A stretch of DNA of 64,000 bases from Candidatus Latescibacterota bacterium (lineage in GTDB: Bacteria > Latescibacterota > UBA2968 > UBA8231): assembly GCA_965205655.1 (NCBI GenBank), contig CBDBIJ010000022.1, positions 32,001 to 96,000 of the forward strand. The letters run 5' to 3'. Position numbers and translations under genes: made by a program. How positions within the stretch are numbered: position 1 is the stretch's first letter; each line of letters opens with the position of its first letter. Shown here one piece after another: positions 51,150-61,804 of the stretch. A model generated the notes under the pieces. It had not been told where the DNA came from, ran no database searches, and saw only the letters and a program-made list of their open reading frames with translations.

Positions 51150-52436
51150 CTACCAGGAATCGACGCCTGCCAGCTTTCGGCCCAACGGAGTGAGCTCGGC
51201 CTCCTCGATATCGAGCTCGAGACCGAATTCGTTGCGCATAAGGTGGGCGACATCGCGTTCGTTCCAGATCCGCTTGTCCCCCCGACCAAACGCCGCCCCA
51301 CCACAGATCGTGTGCTGCCAGTGGTGCTCGTCCCAGATCCGGCTGTCGCCGAGATCGAACACCGCCGGAGACTGGCGCAGGAGATCAGGCAGTTCCGCGA
51401 GCTGATCGCTCGTCAGCCTCGGCGCGTGCTGCGGCTGTGGAATCCGCACAATCGACTCCGTGAGGCCCTCCTCAAAGCTGTCGACGATCGGGAACTTCTG
51501 CCGCTCGGCATCCGCGCGTGTCAGTTCGACGGTCGTGTCGTCCACCGGCTTGACCAACGACTTCTTGACGTAGACCTCCATACCATTTGAGCGAATCTGC
51601 CAGGCCGGATAGGTCGGGTGTTCGCCCACTATCGCACCGATCCGCGCGTGAACGAGATCGCTCGCTCTGTGTTCGGTGAGCCAGCGCTCAGCGTAGGCCT
51701 GGGGCACGCCGAGCGCGTCGGCAACCACCGCCTCATATGATCGCGCCAGCGGCAGAACACCGCTGCCTTCCCTGTCCCCGACTTCCTGCATGAGCATGAA
51801 CTGCGACAGACGCGGCTGATCGGAGCGGTTGGTTCCGTTGCCGTGCAACAGGGCTCGGTGCCAGATGACCAGATCACCGGCTTTGCCGGCAATCGGTTGA
51901 ATGTCGAGCCCTGTCGGATCCGGCCACTTTGGATGGCGGTCCGGCGGTTGGGTCTTTTCCCATTCCTCGAGCCTTCGGTGAAAACCGGGCACGCATTGGA
52001 ACCCGCCCTGGTTCACGTTCGTGTCCGTCAAGTAGAGCACGCCCTGCACTATGAGCGGAATCGGCCTGACGGTCGAATCCATGTCCCAATGGATAAGGCC
52101 GTCGTACTCCCATTTGGGGCCAACCGGTGGGTTCATCGCCACACGATCCTGTGAGACGAACAGTTTCTCTGTGCCCAGAATTTCGGCGAACGCCTGGTGA
52201 ATGCGGGGATACTGTCGGTTCTCCCACAGTGTTTGATGGCGCATCATGTTCAGCAGGCTGCTGCCGGGCGTGCGGGGAATGCCGTACCACTCATCGCGGT
52301 TCGAGAAATCCCTTCCGGAGAAAACCTGCATTGCGTCGAGGACGGCGTCGAGGTTCTCCTGAGGCACGGCATTCGGGATGATGACGTAGCCGTTTTCTCC
52401 CCAGAATTCCCGGTCCCGATCGCTCAAGGCAGCCAT
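51150..52436 (-). CDS. PhyH family dioxygenase with a large HTH-like insertion
   Basis: IHWD, QGVLYL, GGFQCVPGFH, LHGNG; about 180 extra aa before the tail AELTPLGRKLAGVDSW. Confidence 0.85.
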   Translation of the reverse strand: MAALSDRDREFWGENGYVIIPNAVPQENLDAVLDAMQVFSGRDFSNRDEWYGIPRTPGSSLLNMMRHQTLWENRQYPRIHQAFAEILGTEKLFVSQDRVAMNPPVGPKWEYDGLIHWDMDSTVRPIPLIVQGVLYLTDTNVNQGGFQCVPGFHRRLEEWEKTQPPDRHPKWPDPTGLDIQPIAGKAGDLVIWHRALLHGNGTNRSDQPRLSQFMLMQEVGDREGSGVLPLARSYEAVVADALGVPQAYAERWLTEHRASDLVHARIGAIVGEHPTYPAWQIRSNGMEVYVKKSLVKPVDDTTVELTRADAERQKFPIVDSFEEGLTESIVRIPQPQHAPRLTSDQLAELPDLLRQSPAVFDLGDSRIWDEHHWQHTICGGAAFGRGDKRIWNERDVAHLMRNEFGLELDIEEAELTPLGRKLAGVDSW

Positions 52437-52445
52437 ATTGTCTCC

Positions 52446-54428
52446 TTACCCAACACCGTGAGGGCCCGCCGCGATATGACCGTTGCCGGGGAACCAGATC
52501 GTGTCCACGACGACGGAGAGGGTGACCCCGACGATGTAGCCGATACCCATACCATAGAAGAAAGGTTTGCCCGCCATATAGGCACTGGCGCCACCGTAGC
52601 GCAGCAGTGTCACCTTGGCCGCCCAGACGATGGCGAGGTTGAACCAGTAGAGATCCAGCCAGAACGACTCCTGAAAGGCAAGGCCTACCGGATGCAGAGA
52701 AAACCAGTGGTAGCGGCTCCGCAGGAAGGTCATGACCGCGGCCTGGAGTCCGCCGAAAAGGAACACGCCGATCTTCTCCCAGTCCAGGTGGGTGCGGTAG
52801 TTCAGGAGGTGCACGAGCGGGTCGAAATAGCGCCCCGTCATCCACGCTTCGGAAGTGAACAGTGTGGCGCCGTCGCGGTACCCTACGTCGATCTTGGTCG
52901 CTGCTACCACTATGAACATGACCGCGAAGGTGAGGAGTGCGACTGCAGTTATGGTAGCCGGCTGCCGCCTCAGAGAGAACAGGCGGAGATAATGCGTCAG
53001 CGCCGGCCACGCCGGAATCAGCGATCCGCCAAAAAAAGCCATGCTGGTGAAAAGGTGGAATCCGGTGAGTCCGCGTGCGGAAAACAAATTGGTACCGACC
53101 AGGTCGACGATGAATGGCGCCCCCTTCAGAAACGGTCGGTACGGCACGAGATAGGCGAAACCGGTTGCGGCGATCAGTTTGGCTGTTACGAAGAAGGTCA
53201 ACGACATGAGCAGGAATGAACCGACCGCCAGCGACAGATCCATTCCCAGAGTCATCGCCCACCCTATTATGTAGACCGCCGAGAGCAGCAGGCCGAGCCA
53301 CGCCATTCGATACCGCGCCACCTCGCGCTGATCCCCCTCGCCCCTGAGTGCCAGCTGCCAGGTATGACGCAGGTGACTGCGGGCGATCCAGATGGCCCAC
53401 AGGGCGATGAACATCAATGCCCCGTAGTTCTCCATGAACAGCAGGCGCTCCCCCGATATCTGCTGCCCCTCTGAGCCGAAGGACAGCCCGGTGCGCACGA
53501 GCATTCCCGCCTTGAACAGGCTCATGATGCGGAACAGGATCAGACTGCCGAGGATGTCCACCGGGCACAGGTAGGTCACCGACATGACGAGTGGCATATA
53601 GCGAATGTTCACCCGGTACATATACTCGCTCAATTCGAGGCGAAAAATGCGGGTATTGAAATCGAGATGCAGGAGGCCGGGAGTGAAATGGGTGGCGATG
53701 TTGTAGAGCATCGGCAGGAAGACGACGCCGAATCCGATCCAGAAAAGGCGCCGGCGAAAAAGCTCTGGCATGCGGTGCGGCCCATCCATGCCGCGCAGGA
53801 GATCCAGGGGCAGCTGCGCCAGAGGGAAGGTCAGTTTTTCCCGGTCCTCCCATTGAACTTGGAAAAGCACGAAAATGCAGTAGCCGAATAACACCATGGC
53901 CAGGGATACGCCCAGCCATTGCAGCGTTACGCCAATCCATCCGTCCCACGGTATAGCTGCTCCTGCGGGCAGGCCAAGCCAGAACGTATCCAGCACCCGC
54001 TCGGTTGTGGGCGTCAATACGTGCCAGGGCAGGTAATCGAAGAAGTGCTCTGCGTAGCGATTCTCCGTGGAGGCGAAATGGCTGGGCGAAGCGACGATGG
54101 ATGCCCACCTTCCCAGCCAGCCGGGCAGGGTACCGACGATCCAGAGCATCGCCAGGATAGTGAGCAGCTCGCCCTTCTTCAGAGATATGGCGGGCCAGAC
54201 GCGAGCCAGACCCACATTTGCAATGAGCCAGAGGACGAAGGGCATCAGCGCCAGCATCGGCAACTGGGAATGCACGAACGAACCCACGCCCTGGCGCTCA
54301 GCGATATAGATGAGATAGAGAATCACACCCAGGGTCGTCGCCAGACCCAGGACTATGGCGCGGAGGGTGATTAGGGGCGCTGCGGAATCGTAGTCGCCGT
54401 CAAAAGCGGTAGATCTGGTGGCCGACAT
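52446..54428 (-). CDS. DUF6785/DUF6784-like multi-pass membrane protein (putative transporter)
   Basis: About 16 hydrophobic segments; ITLRAIVLG, QWEDREKLTFPLAQLP, WFSLHPVG, LLRYGG..Y..GKPFFYG. Confidence 0.65.
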   Translation of the reverse strand: MSATRSTAFDGDYDSAAPLITLRAIVLGLATTLGVILYLIYIAERQGVGSFVHSQLPMLALMPFVLWLIANVGLARVWPAISLKKGELLTILAMLWIVGTLPGWLGRWASIVASPSHFASTENRYAEHFFDYLPWHVLTPTTERVLDTFWLGLPAGAAIPWDGWIGVTLQWLGVSLAMVLFGYCIFVLFQVQWEDREKLTFPLAQLPLDLLRGMDGPHRMPELFRRRLFWIGFGVVFLPMLYNIATHFTPGLLHLDFNTRIFRLELSEYMYRVNIRYMPLVMSVTYLCPVDILGSLILFRIMSLFKAGMLVRTGLSFGSEGQQISGERLLFMENYGALMFIALWAIWIARSHLRHTWQLALRGEGDQREVARYRMAWLGLLLSAVYIIGWAMTLGMDLSLAVGSFLLMSLTFFVTAKLIAATGFAYLVPYRPFLKGAPFIVDLVGTNLFSARGLTGFHLFTSMAFFGGSLIPAWPALTHYLRLFSLRRQPATITAVALLTFAVMFIVVAATKIDVGYRDGATLFTSEAWMTGRYFDPLVHLLNYRTHLDWEKIGVFLFGGLQAAVMTFLRSRYHWFSLHPVGLAFQESFWLDLYWFNLAIVWAAKVTLLRYGGASAYMAGKPFFYGMGIGYIVGVTLSVVVDTIWFPGNGHIAAGPHGVG

Positions 54429-54489
54429 GCGGATGAGCGTATATAGAGCAATTGCGGTTGGTCAAGATGGGAGCAGGCGACAACCAGCC

Positions 54490-55833
54490 ATGGACATCGG
54501 ATCCCGACTCGAGCTCTTCGTCGACGACTTCCTCGTCGCCAGCACAACCGGCGACCTCGGGAGCTACCTGCACAGACCCGTACCCGGAAAGCTCGCCATC
54601 ACCTGCGACAAGCCCTGGGAAGGCAACACCAGTGCCTACTTTTCGGTCTTCCACGACGGCGATCTCGTCCGCATATACTATCGCGGCCACCACTGTGACG
54701 GAACCAATGGCAATGAGCTGCACCAGCCGGTGACCTGCTACGCCCAGAGCAACGACGGGCGCACCTGGAAACGCCCACGTGTCGGTCTCTACTCGTACGA
54801 CGGCTCCAGAAACAACAACATAGCCTGGGAGGGCGAAGACGCGTCCACCTTTGCCGTTTTCAGGGACGACAACCCGAAATGCCCCGGTAGTGCCCGTTAC
54901 AAAGCAGTCTCGCAAGACGGCCGGGGCCTGGGAGTTGCACTTCGCGCCTTTCAAAGCCCCGACGGGATTCACTGGAAGCGCATCGGCAGCAAGCCGCTGC
55001 TGACCAGGCACAAGAGTGCCAGGATTCTCTGGTTCGATTCGCAAAACCTCGCTTTCTGGGATGCCGAAGCCGGGCTTTACCGGGTCTATTTCCGCGCCAA
55101 TGATAAACCCATGTTCCGGCGGATCATGACCAGTACCAGCAGGGACTTCAAGACCTGGACCCGGTTCGTGGACCTGAGCTACCCCGGCTCACCCAGGCAG
55201 GAACTCTACACGAATGCCATCCAACCCTACTCGCGAGCGCCGCATATCCTGGTTGGCTTCCCCGCGCGCTACCACAGCAGGAGCCAGCAGGTCGAACCCC
55301 TCTTCATGGCCAGCCGTGACGGCGTGACGTTCACCCGCTACAACGAGCCCGTCATCCCCCGCTCGGCGCCCCGAGATCGCAACCAGAACCGGAGCAACTA
55401 TATGACGTGGGGCATCGTGCATCCTCCCGGCGAACCTGCGAAGATGCTGGTGTACGGTACGGAGGCTTACTACGAGGGTCCCGGCTCCCGAGTGCGGGTC
55501 TTCGAGTATCGCGTCGATGGCTTCGTGTCGATACGGGCTCGCTCGAGAGGCGGTTCGCTGACAACCAGGACATTGACCTTCAGCGGCAAAACGCTACACC
55601 TCAACGTGGCGGCCCGGCGAGGCGGCAGCGTCCGCGTCGAGCTGCAGAACCGATTGGGCCGGCCGATCGCAGGCTTCGCCGCGGCCGACTGCGAGCCGCT
55701 GAAGGGCGATTCAATCGACACCGCCGTCACCTGGAAGCATGGCGCCGACCTGAGCGCCGTGGCCGGCAAACAGGTCCGCATTCGCTTCGTGATGAAAAAC
55801 GCCGACCTTTACGCATTGCAGTTCAGGAGTTAA
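54490..55833 (+). CDS. Beta-propeller glycoside-hydrolase-like protein with C-terminal beta-sandwich
   Basis: LELFVDD, SNDGRTWKRP, SPDGIHW, FDSQNLAFWD, RVDGFVS, ADLYALQF. Confidence 0.7.
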   Translation: MDIGSRLELFVDDFLVASTTGDLGSYLHRPVPGKLAITCDKPWEGNTSAYFSVFHDGDLVRIYYRGHHCDGTNGNELHQPVTCYAQSNDGRTWKRPRVGLYSYDGSRNNNIAWEGEDASTFAVFRDDNPKCPGSARYKAVSQDGRGLGVALRAFQSPDGIHWKRIGSKPLLTRHKSARILWFDSQNLAFWDAEAGLYRVYFRANDKPMFRRIMTSTSRDFKTWTRFVDLSYPGSPRQELYTNAIQPYSRAPHILVGFPARYHSRSQQVEPLFMASRDGVTFTRYNEPVIPRSAPRDRNQNRSNYMTWGIVHPPGEPAKMLVYGTEAYYEGPGSRVRVFEYRVDGFVSIRARSRGGSLTTRTLTFSGKTLHLNVAARRGGSVRVELQNRLGRPIAGFAAADCEPLKGDSIDTAVTWKHGADLSAVAGKQVRIRFVMKNADLYALQFRS

Positions 55834-55907
55834 CGTCGAACCCGCTGCTTGCTACATTCGCGGCTGGCAGCAATTGAAAATTTTCGATCATTCCCAGACT
55901 CGAACGC

Positions 55908-57040
55908 ATGCCAATCCTGCGCCTCAGCGCTTTCACTGTCTCCATCGGTCTTCTGTCGGCCTCTGCCTTTGCCTCGGGCTGCTCGTGCCGTCCGAAGTTC
56001 AAGAGAATCGACGGTACACCGGCCACCGAATTCGTCAACATCCTCACGGGGGTCGGAGGCGGGCGAGCCCAACCAGACCCTCTTACGGACGCAGGTGTCC
56101 GTCTCACCTACCTCGGCACCGGCGGTTATGTTGTCGAGCGGGGTGAGGACGTCATCCTGCTGGCCCCGTTCTTCTCCCACCACTGGTACCTTCGCCTCGG
56201 TTTTTGGAAGGTCTCGTCTGACAAAGATCAGATCAAGAAAATACTCGCGCCGATGGCCACGACAATTGATAGCGCCGCGGCCCTGCTCGTCGGCCATGCC
56301 CATTACGATCATTTGCTGGACGTTCGTTTCGTTGTCACAGAATTTGCACGCAACGCCACGGTGTTTGGCAACCAGACGATGGCCAACATCCTGGCTGCAG
56401 ACCCCAATATCACCGCGGTCTCATTGCTCGACACGGCCGAGCAACGAGACGGAGGCAAGGGCAGGTGGACTGATATCAATAATGGCAGGGTGCGCTTTAT
56501 GGCGATTCGGTCGCATCATGCCCCTAACTTCGCTGGCCTCACCATCGCCAACGGGACAGTAGATCGAGCGCTGAAGAGGTTTCCCAAGAAGGCCGGGGGC
56601 ATGGAGGTAGGAGAGACCCTCGCCTTTATGATCGACTTCATGGATACCACCAGCCGGGACCCGCAGGATAAAGCGTATTCGGAGGTCGCCCTGAGGATCT
56701 ACTATCAGGACTCAGCTCAAGCACCAGCGCCTTACCGGACACCCTTCAGTTCAACCCAACTGGAGGTGGCAAGAGTGTCGACGTGGTTATCGCCTGTGTC
56801 GCCGTCTTCACCGGGGTGCAGGGCGATGCCTACCCCGAGACCATGAAGCAGATCTTCAATCCGAAGCAGATGGTCCTCGGGCACTGGGAAAACTTCTTCC
56901 TGCCTCGAACAACTGCGGTCGCCGACCTTCGCACAGTCCCCAACACCGATCCGGTCGCGTTCACAAACCGGCTCGACGCTTCCAACCCTGCCGGCGGAAC
57001 CTGGGTGCTGCCCATACCGGGAACTCCCCTTACGTACTGA
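55908..57040 (+). pseudogene. Metallo-beta-lactamase-fold lipoprotein, frameshift near 56718
   Basis: YLGTGG, GHAHYDHLLD, SHHAP, YYQDS; continues in another frame DVVIAC...LGHWENFF. Confidence 0.7.
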
Positions 57041-57670
57041 ATGCGCCTGCCATCAACGAAAGGGTTTCTTTGCGGTGCGGTTGTCGCGCTTGCCTGCTGG
57101 CTCCCCGAGCCGTCGTCTGCCGAAGTCACCTTCTTCGCCGTCGGCTACGATCATAACGGCCCTAACCTCGAGCGTCTGCAAAGCCGGCTGGATGGCGCCG
57201 GGCGAACACGGCTGGAACGCGAGCTTTCACTCGGAGGCGGAGGGGACGTGCTGTGGGTCCTGCCCTGGTTTCGCTGGCTTTGGTTGTCTTCGGGGTACAG
57301 CTACTACAATGCCGAGAACGAAGACGGCGTCAGCCTCACGGCCCACACGGTCGAGCTTGGTCCGGCGCTGTACCTCGACCTCTTCCCGCTGGTCGTCCAC
57401 ATCGACATCGGGGCCACCCGGGTCAAGCCCACCTTTGAGGGTCCGCCGGATCTGCTGAAGCAGGATTCAGACAAGTGGCTCTCAGGAGTGCACGGCATCG
57501 TCGGTTTCAGCTACCCGATCAAACGCCAACTCGGCCTGCAGGTGATCCTGCGCTACCAGAACGTTGCCGACTATAGCGTCTCCGGCACCGACGTCGACTT
57601 CGACGGCTGCTCGTTTCGCATCGGGCTCGCCTACCTGCCCGACGAGGATTCGAGACTGCTGAACTGGTAG
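57041..57670 (+). CDS. Small outer-membrane beta-barrel protein
   Basis: Signal peptide and alternating beta-strands, FRIGLAY near the C-terminus. Confidence 0.55.
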   Translation: MRLPSTKGFLCGAVVALACWLPEPSSAEVTFFAVGYDHNGPNLERLQSRLDGAGRTRLERELSLGGGGDVLWVLPWFRWLWLSSGYSYYNAENEDGVSLTAHTVELGPALYLDLFPLVVHIDIGATRVKPTFEGPPDLLKQDSDKWLSGVHGIVGFSYPIKRQLGLQVILRYQNVADYSVSGTDVDFDGCSFRIGLAYLPDEDSRLLNW

Positions 57671-57706
57671 CATGCCCAGGCGTACATTGAGTGCAGGAGA
57701 AAACCT

Positions 57707-59384
57707 TTGAGAATTCCGGCGACAATCGCCTGTTGGCTGATCGCGCTGCTGGGCGCCACGTCCGACACACGGGCATCCGAGCTGTCGGACGGGGAGATTG
57801 TGGGAATTCTGAAGTCCCGAGTGGACACGTTCCGGCAAAGCGTGGGGATCGTGGTCGGAATCGTCGACTCGTCCGGCACTCGAGTCGTCGGCTACGGTCC
57901 GAGCCACAAAGGCGGGACAGATCGGGTGAATGGGTCGACGATCTTCGAGGTCGGGTCGATCTCGAAAGCATTCACGGCGATCCTGCTCGCCGACATGGTC
58001 CACAAGGGCGAAGTCTCACTCCGCGATCCCGGTTCTTTGTATCTGCCGTCGGAGGTCGCTCTTCCGCAGCGGTCCGGACGGGAAATCACCCTGCTGGATC
58101 TGGCGACGCACCGATCAGGTCTGCCACGGATGCCTGATCAGCTCTCGGTGGGCGACGTGGTGCCCGGAAACACCTTTTCCGATGAGGACATGTATGCCTT
58201 CCTGTCGGAAACGACGTTGGCTTTCGAGATCGGTGAGCGCTACTACTACTCGAACCTGGCATTCGGGCTGCTCGGACATGTGCTCGCCCGACGGGCAGGT
58301 ACGGGCTACGAGGCCCTGCTGGTACAGCGGGTCTGCGAACCGCTGGGACTGTCTGACACACGTCTGTCGCTCAACGCCGAGCAGCAGACCCGCCTCGCCG
58401 GGCGGCACTCCTGGAATCACGAGCCCGCACCGGAATTGGTTTGGGATGCGATGGCTGCCGCTGGCTATGTGCGATCCACGGCCGAGGATCTGCTGACCTT
58501 CCTGGCGGCGAACATGGACCTCATGTCGTCTGATCTGTGGTACCCACTACAGATGTCACATCTCGATCGGCGTGATACCACCGCAGAACAGCTGGAAATC
58601 GGGGTTGGGATGGCATCTGATTACGACCCACGGTCGCGAGCTCATATGGCATAGCGGCGCCACGTTTGGCCACATGGCCTTCGCCGCCTTCGATAAGGAG
58701 GCTCGACGGGGCGTCGTGGTGCTGTCGAACGCAAGGGGCATCATCGACGACATCGGCCTGCACCTGCTCGACCCGGAGTCGAAGCTGGCCGACTTCAAGG
58801 AAGTCACACCGTTGCCGCCGGCGGTGGACGTGCCGTTCGAGAAGCTGGAACGGTACGCCGGCGAATACGAGTTCGGCCCGAATGCGATCCTCAGCGTCCG
58901 CGCCGAGGATGCGAAGCTCTTCGCCAGCCTGAACGAGGGGCTTCGAATGGAGCTGTATGCGGCTTCCGAAACGGAACTGTTCTCGAACATGACGCCGGCG
59001 ATTTTCGCGTTCGACGTGGACCGGAAAGGGAAGGTGAAGGAGCTCGTCGTGCGGGTGTTCAGTCACGAGCAGAAGGCGAAGAAACTGGAACACTACCGCC
59101 GTCCGCCGAAGCGGACCCGATTCGCCTCCAAGGGCAGCCTGGAGCGGTTCCTCGGACGCTACCGGCTGTCGGATGATGAAGTCATCTCCGTCACCGAAGC
59201 CGCCGACCGACTCCACGTGCAGATGAAGGGCCAGCTGCTAATGCCGCTGGACCCGACGCGCGACGGCTTCTTCGCGCAAGAGGCGGATGCGGAACTGGTG
59301 TTCGTGGAGGATGAGCAGGGGCGGGTGACCCAGTTGGTCGTGCACCAGGACGGGGAACACGTGGGCGTCAAAATCGAGCCGTGA
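57707..59384 (+). pseudogene. Serine hydrolase (class C beta-lactamase-like) with DUF3471-like tail, frameshift near 58600
   Basis: FEVGSISK (SxxK), LATHRSGL, YYSN, then GLGW and WHSGAT in a shifted frame. Confidence 0.82.
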
Positions 59385-59406
59385 TTCGCGTCGAGGGTGA
59401 TGCATA

Positions 59407-60180
59407 ATGATCCAGGCCAGAAACCTGTGGAAGACCTTCAAGCTTTCGCGAAAGCAACGGAAGGAGATCGGGCGCGAACAAGCGGGTGACGTGGCCGACG
59501 CGGTGGCGGGAATCGATTTCGAATGTCAGGCTGGCCGGATTTTCACGTTACTCGGCCCAAACGGGGCCGGCAAGACGACGACGTTGCGGATGATCGCGAC
59601 GCTGATGGATCCGACCGCTGGAACGATCGAGGTCTGCGGCTACGACTCGGTGCGGCAGGCGACAGAAGCTCGAAAACAGATCGGATTTCTGACCGGATCG
59701 ACGAAGCTGTACGACCGACTGACACCGCGCGAGGTCATCAAGTTTTTCGCCGATGTGCACGGCGTTTCGAAGAGTAATTTTCAGCGACGACTGGACGAGA
59801 TGGTGACGCTGCTGGACATGAGCGAATTCCTGGGCAAGCGGATCGGCAAGCTCTCGACCGGCATGACCCAGAAGGTATCGATTGCGCGGACGATGATTCA
59901 CGATCCACAGGTGGTCGTGTTCGACGAGCCGACAGTTGGACTCGACGTGATCACCTCGCGGACCATCGTGGACATGATTCGCCGCTGCCGCGAAGCGGGC
60001 AAGACGGTGATTTTTTCAACCCACACCATGGGCGAGGTCAGCATCTTGAGTGACGATCTGGCGATCATCCATCGCGGCAAGCTGTGCTACAACGGTACTT
60101 ACCAGGACTTCCGTGCTGCTTCGCGGAGTGATTCGATGGAACAGGAGTTCATTCGGTATCTCGAGGAGGCGCCGGCTTGA
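59407..60180 (+). CDS. ABC transporter ATP-binding protein (NatA-like)
   Basis: GPNGAGKTT, LSTGMTQK, FDEPT, STH. Confidence 0.9.
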   Translation: MIQARNLWKTFKLSRKQRKEIGREQAGDVADAVAGIDFECQAGRIFTLLGPNGAGKTTTLRMIATLMDPTAGTIEVCGYDSVRQATEARKQIGFLTGSTKLYDRLTPREVIKFFADVHGVSKSNFQRRLDEMVTLLDMSEFLGKRIGKLSTGMTQKVSIARTMIHDPQVVVFDEPTVGLDVITSRTIVDMIRRCREAGKTVIFSTHTMGEVSILSDDLAIIHRGKLCYNGTYQDFRAASRSDSMEQEFIRYLEEAPA

Positions 60181-61388
60181 TCTTCATCCTGGTTCGCAAG
60201 GAGCTTCTCGACATACTGAGAGATCGCCGGACGATCATCACCAATATCCTGGCGCCTCTACTGCTGTTTCCCGTCATCATCTTTGCCGTTGGGGCTGTAA
60301 GAGCATCGGCTAAGAAGGAGGCGCAGGAGCGCACTCTGGATGTGGCGATAATCACGCACGGAAACGCCGCCCTGTTGCGCGACATGATCCTTGCCAGAGG
60401 GGACCTGCTCAAACAGGAGGGAGAGTTCCGGATCCGCGAGGACTTGGGTCTGCAGCAGGCACGAGCGATGGTCGAGGCCGACGAACTGGATGCGGCCGTT
60501 TATCTCGACCGGGATTTCGACCGCCTTGTGGACAGCGGCCTGCCCGGGAGGGTCTCCTTCTATTACAAACAGACAGATGAGGGGGAGGAGGAGCGGAAGC
60601 GCCTGAGCCGGATCCTCGAGCAGTACAGGGACCTGTTGTACGAAGCGCGAGTCCAGTCGCTGGGCATCGACCCGCGCCTGGCGCTACATCCCGTCGAGAT
60701 CAACCGGTTCAATCTGGCATCCGACAAGGAGAAGTTCGCCTTTGTCGTGGCCGCCGTCGTGCCCTACCTGTTTGTGATGTTCTCGTTGATCGGATGCATC
60801 CACCCGGCAACCGACCTGTCGGCCGGCGAGAAAGAGCGCGGAACGCTCGAGACTCTGTTGACAGTACCGGCAACGCGCATGCAGATCCTCGCGGCGAAGT
60901 TCGTTGCCGTCTTTCTGAACGGGCTGTTTGCGGCGGGGATCTCGATCGTCGGATTGTACGTCGCGTTCCGGTTGTTCGCGGAGAGCGCGTCCGATATCCA
61001 CAAGGCGGTTTCGGCGATCGTCGAGCCGCAGGTTGTCATTCTCGTGTTATGCCTGCTTCTGCCGATCACGATCCTTTTCGCTGCCCTTTTTCTGACGATC
61101 GGCATTTACGCGAAATCATACAAGGAAGCGCAGAGCATGCTGGGTCCCTGCATGATGGTCGTGCTCGTGCCGCTCTACGTCGGGCTGATCCCGGGTCAGA
61201 AGCTCAGCAACACGACGGCGGCCATCCCGCTGATGAATGTGTCACTCACGATCAAGGAGATCGTCGCGGGCACGGCGGAGCCCTTGATGCTGGCGATCAC
61301 ATACCTGTCGCTGATCGTGACGGCGGGCGTCGCGCTCTCGATCTGCTCTCTCATGTTCCGGAGAGAGTCGGCTGTGTTCAGAAGCTAG
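60177..61388 (+). CDS. ABC transporter permease (NatB-like)
   Basis: KELLDILRDRRT, AGEKERGTLETLL, AKSYKEAQS. Confidence 0.88.
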   Translation: MIFILVRKELLDILRDRRTIITNILAPLLLFPVIIFAVGAVRASAKKEAQERTLDVAIITHGNAALLRDMILARGDLLKQEGEFRIREDLGLQQARAMVEADELDAAVYLDRDFDRLVDSGLPGRVSFYYKQTDEGEEERKRLSRILEQYRDLLYEARVQSLGIDPRLALHPVEINRFNLASDKEKFAFVVAAVVPYLFVMFSLIGCIHPATDLSAGEKERGTLETLLTVPATRMQILAAKFVAVFLNGLFAAGISIVGLYVAFRLFAESASDIHKAVSAIVEPQVVILVLCLLLPITILFAALFLTIGIYAKSYKEAQSMLGPCMMVVLVPLYVGLIPGQKLSNTTAAIPLMNVSLTIKEIVAGTAEPLMLAITYLSLIVTAGVALSICSLMFRRESAVFRS

Positions 61389-61458
61389 GGTACCCGGAAA
61401 TTCCGCCAACTTAGATTCGCTCGGGCCCTGGATCAACGTGTCCCGGAAAGACGCCATC

Positions 61459-61804
61459 ATGAAGTTCAAAGATCTCGATTTGGCCCTTACAGTAAGTCTT
61501 GCGTTGGTAGTGATCTTGACCGCTGAGGGCCGTAGCGAGACGGCAGAGGGCCCCAGCGTTGCGAGGCCCGATCCGCAGGGAATGGTCGAATGGGTGCGTA
61601 ACATCTACGCAGACGGCGCCTGGAACGGGACTCCAGACATCACCCACTGGCGCGGCGACTACTATGTAGTCGTCAATCAGGGCAAGGTCCACCCCGGCCA
61701 CGACGGTCCGGGGATGGTGCTGCGCTCTTCGAGTTTGCAGAAGTGGGAGAAGATTTATACCACATCCAGTACGGCCGTGGACTGCAAACTCCTGGCCCTT
61801 CCCG
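61459..61804 (+). pseudogene. Secreted beta-propeller-like protein truncated by IS256
   Basis: Signal peptide, IYADGAWNGTPDITHWRGDYY; the frame runs into the IS end at 61805. Confidence 0.6.

Noticed and set aside
52291..54108. 605-aa Arg/Pro-rich ORF and similar long alternative or antisense ORFs (e.g. 11646..13085, 25281..26717, 39336..40835)
   Set aside because: High-GC shadow frames of well-supported genes with no motifs of their own
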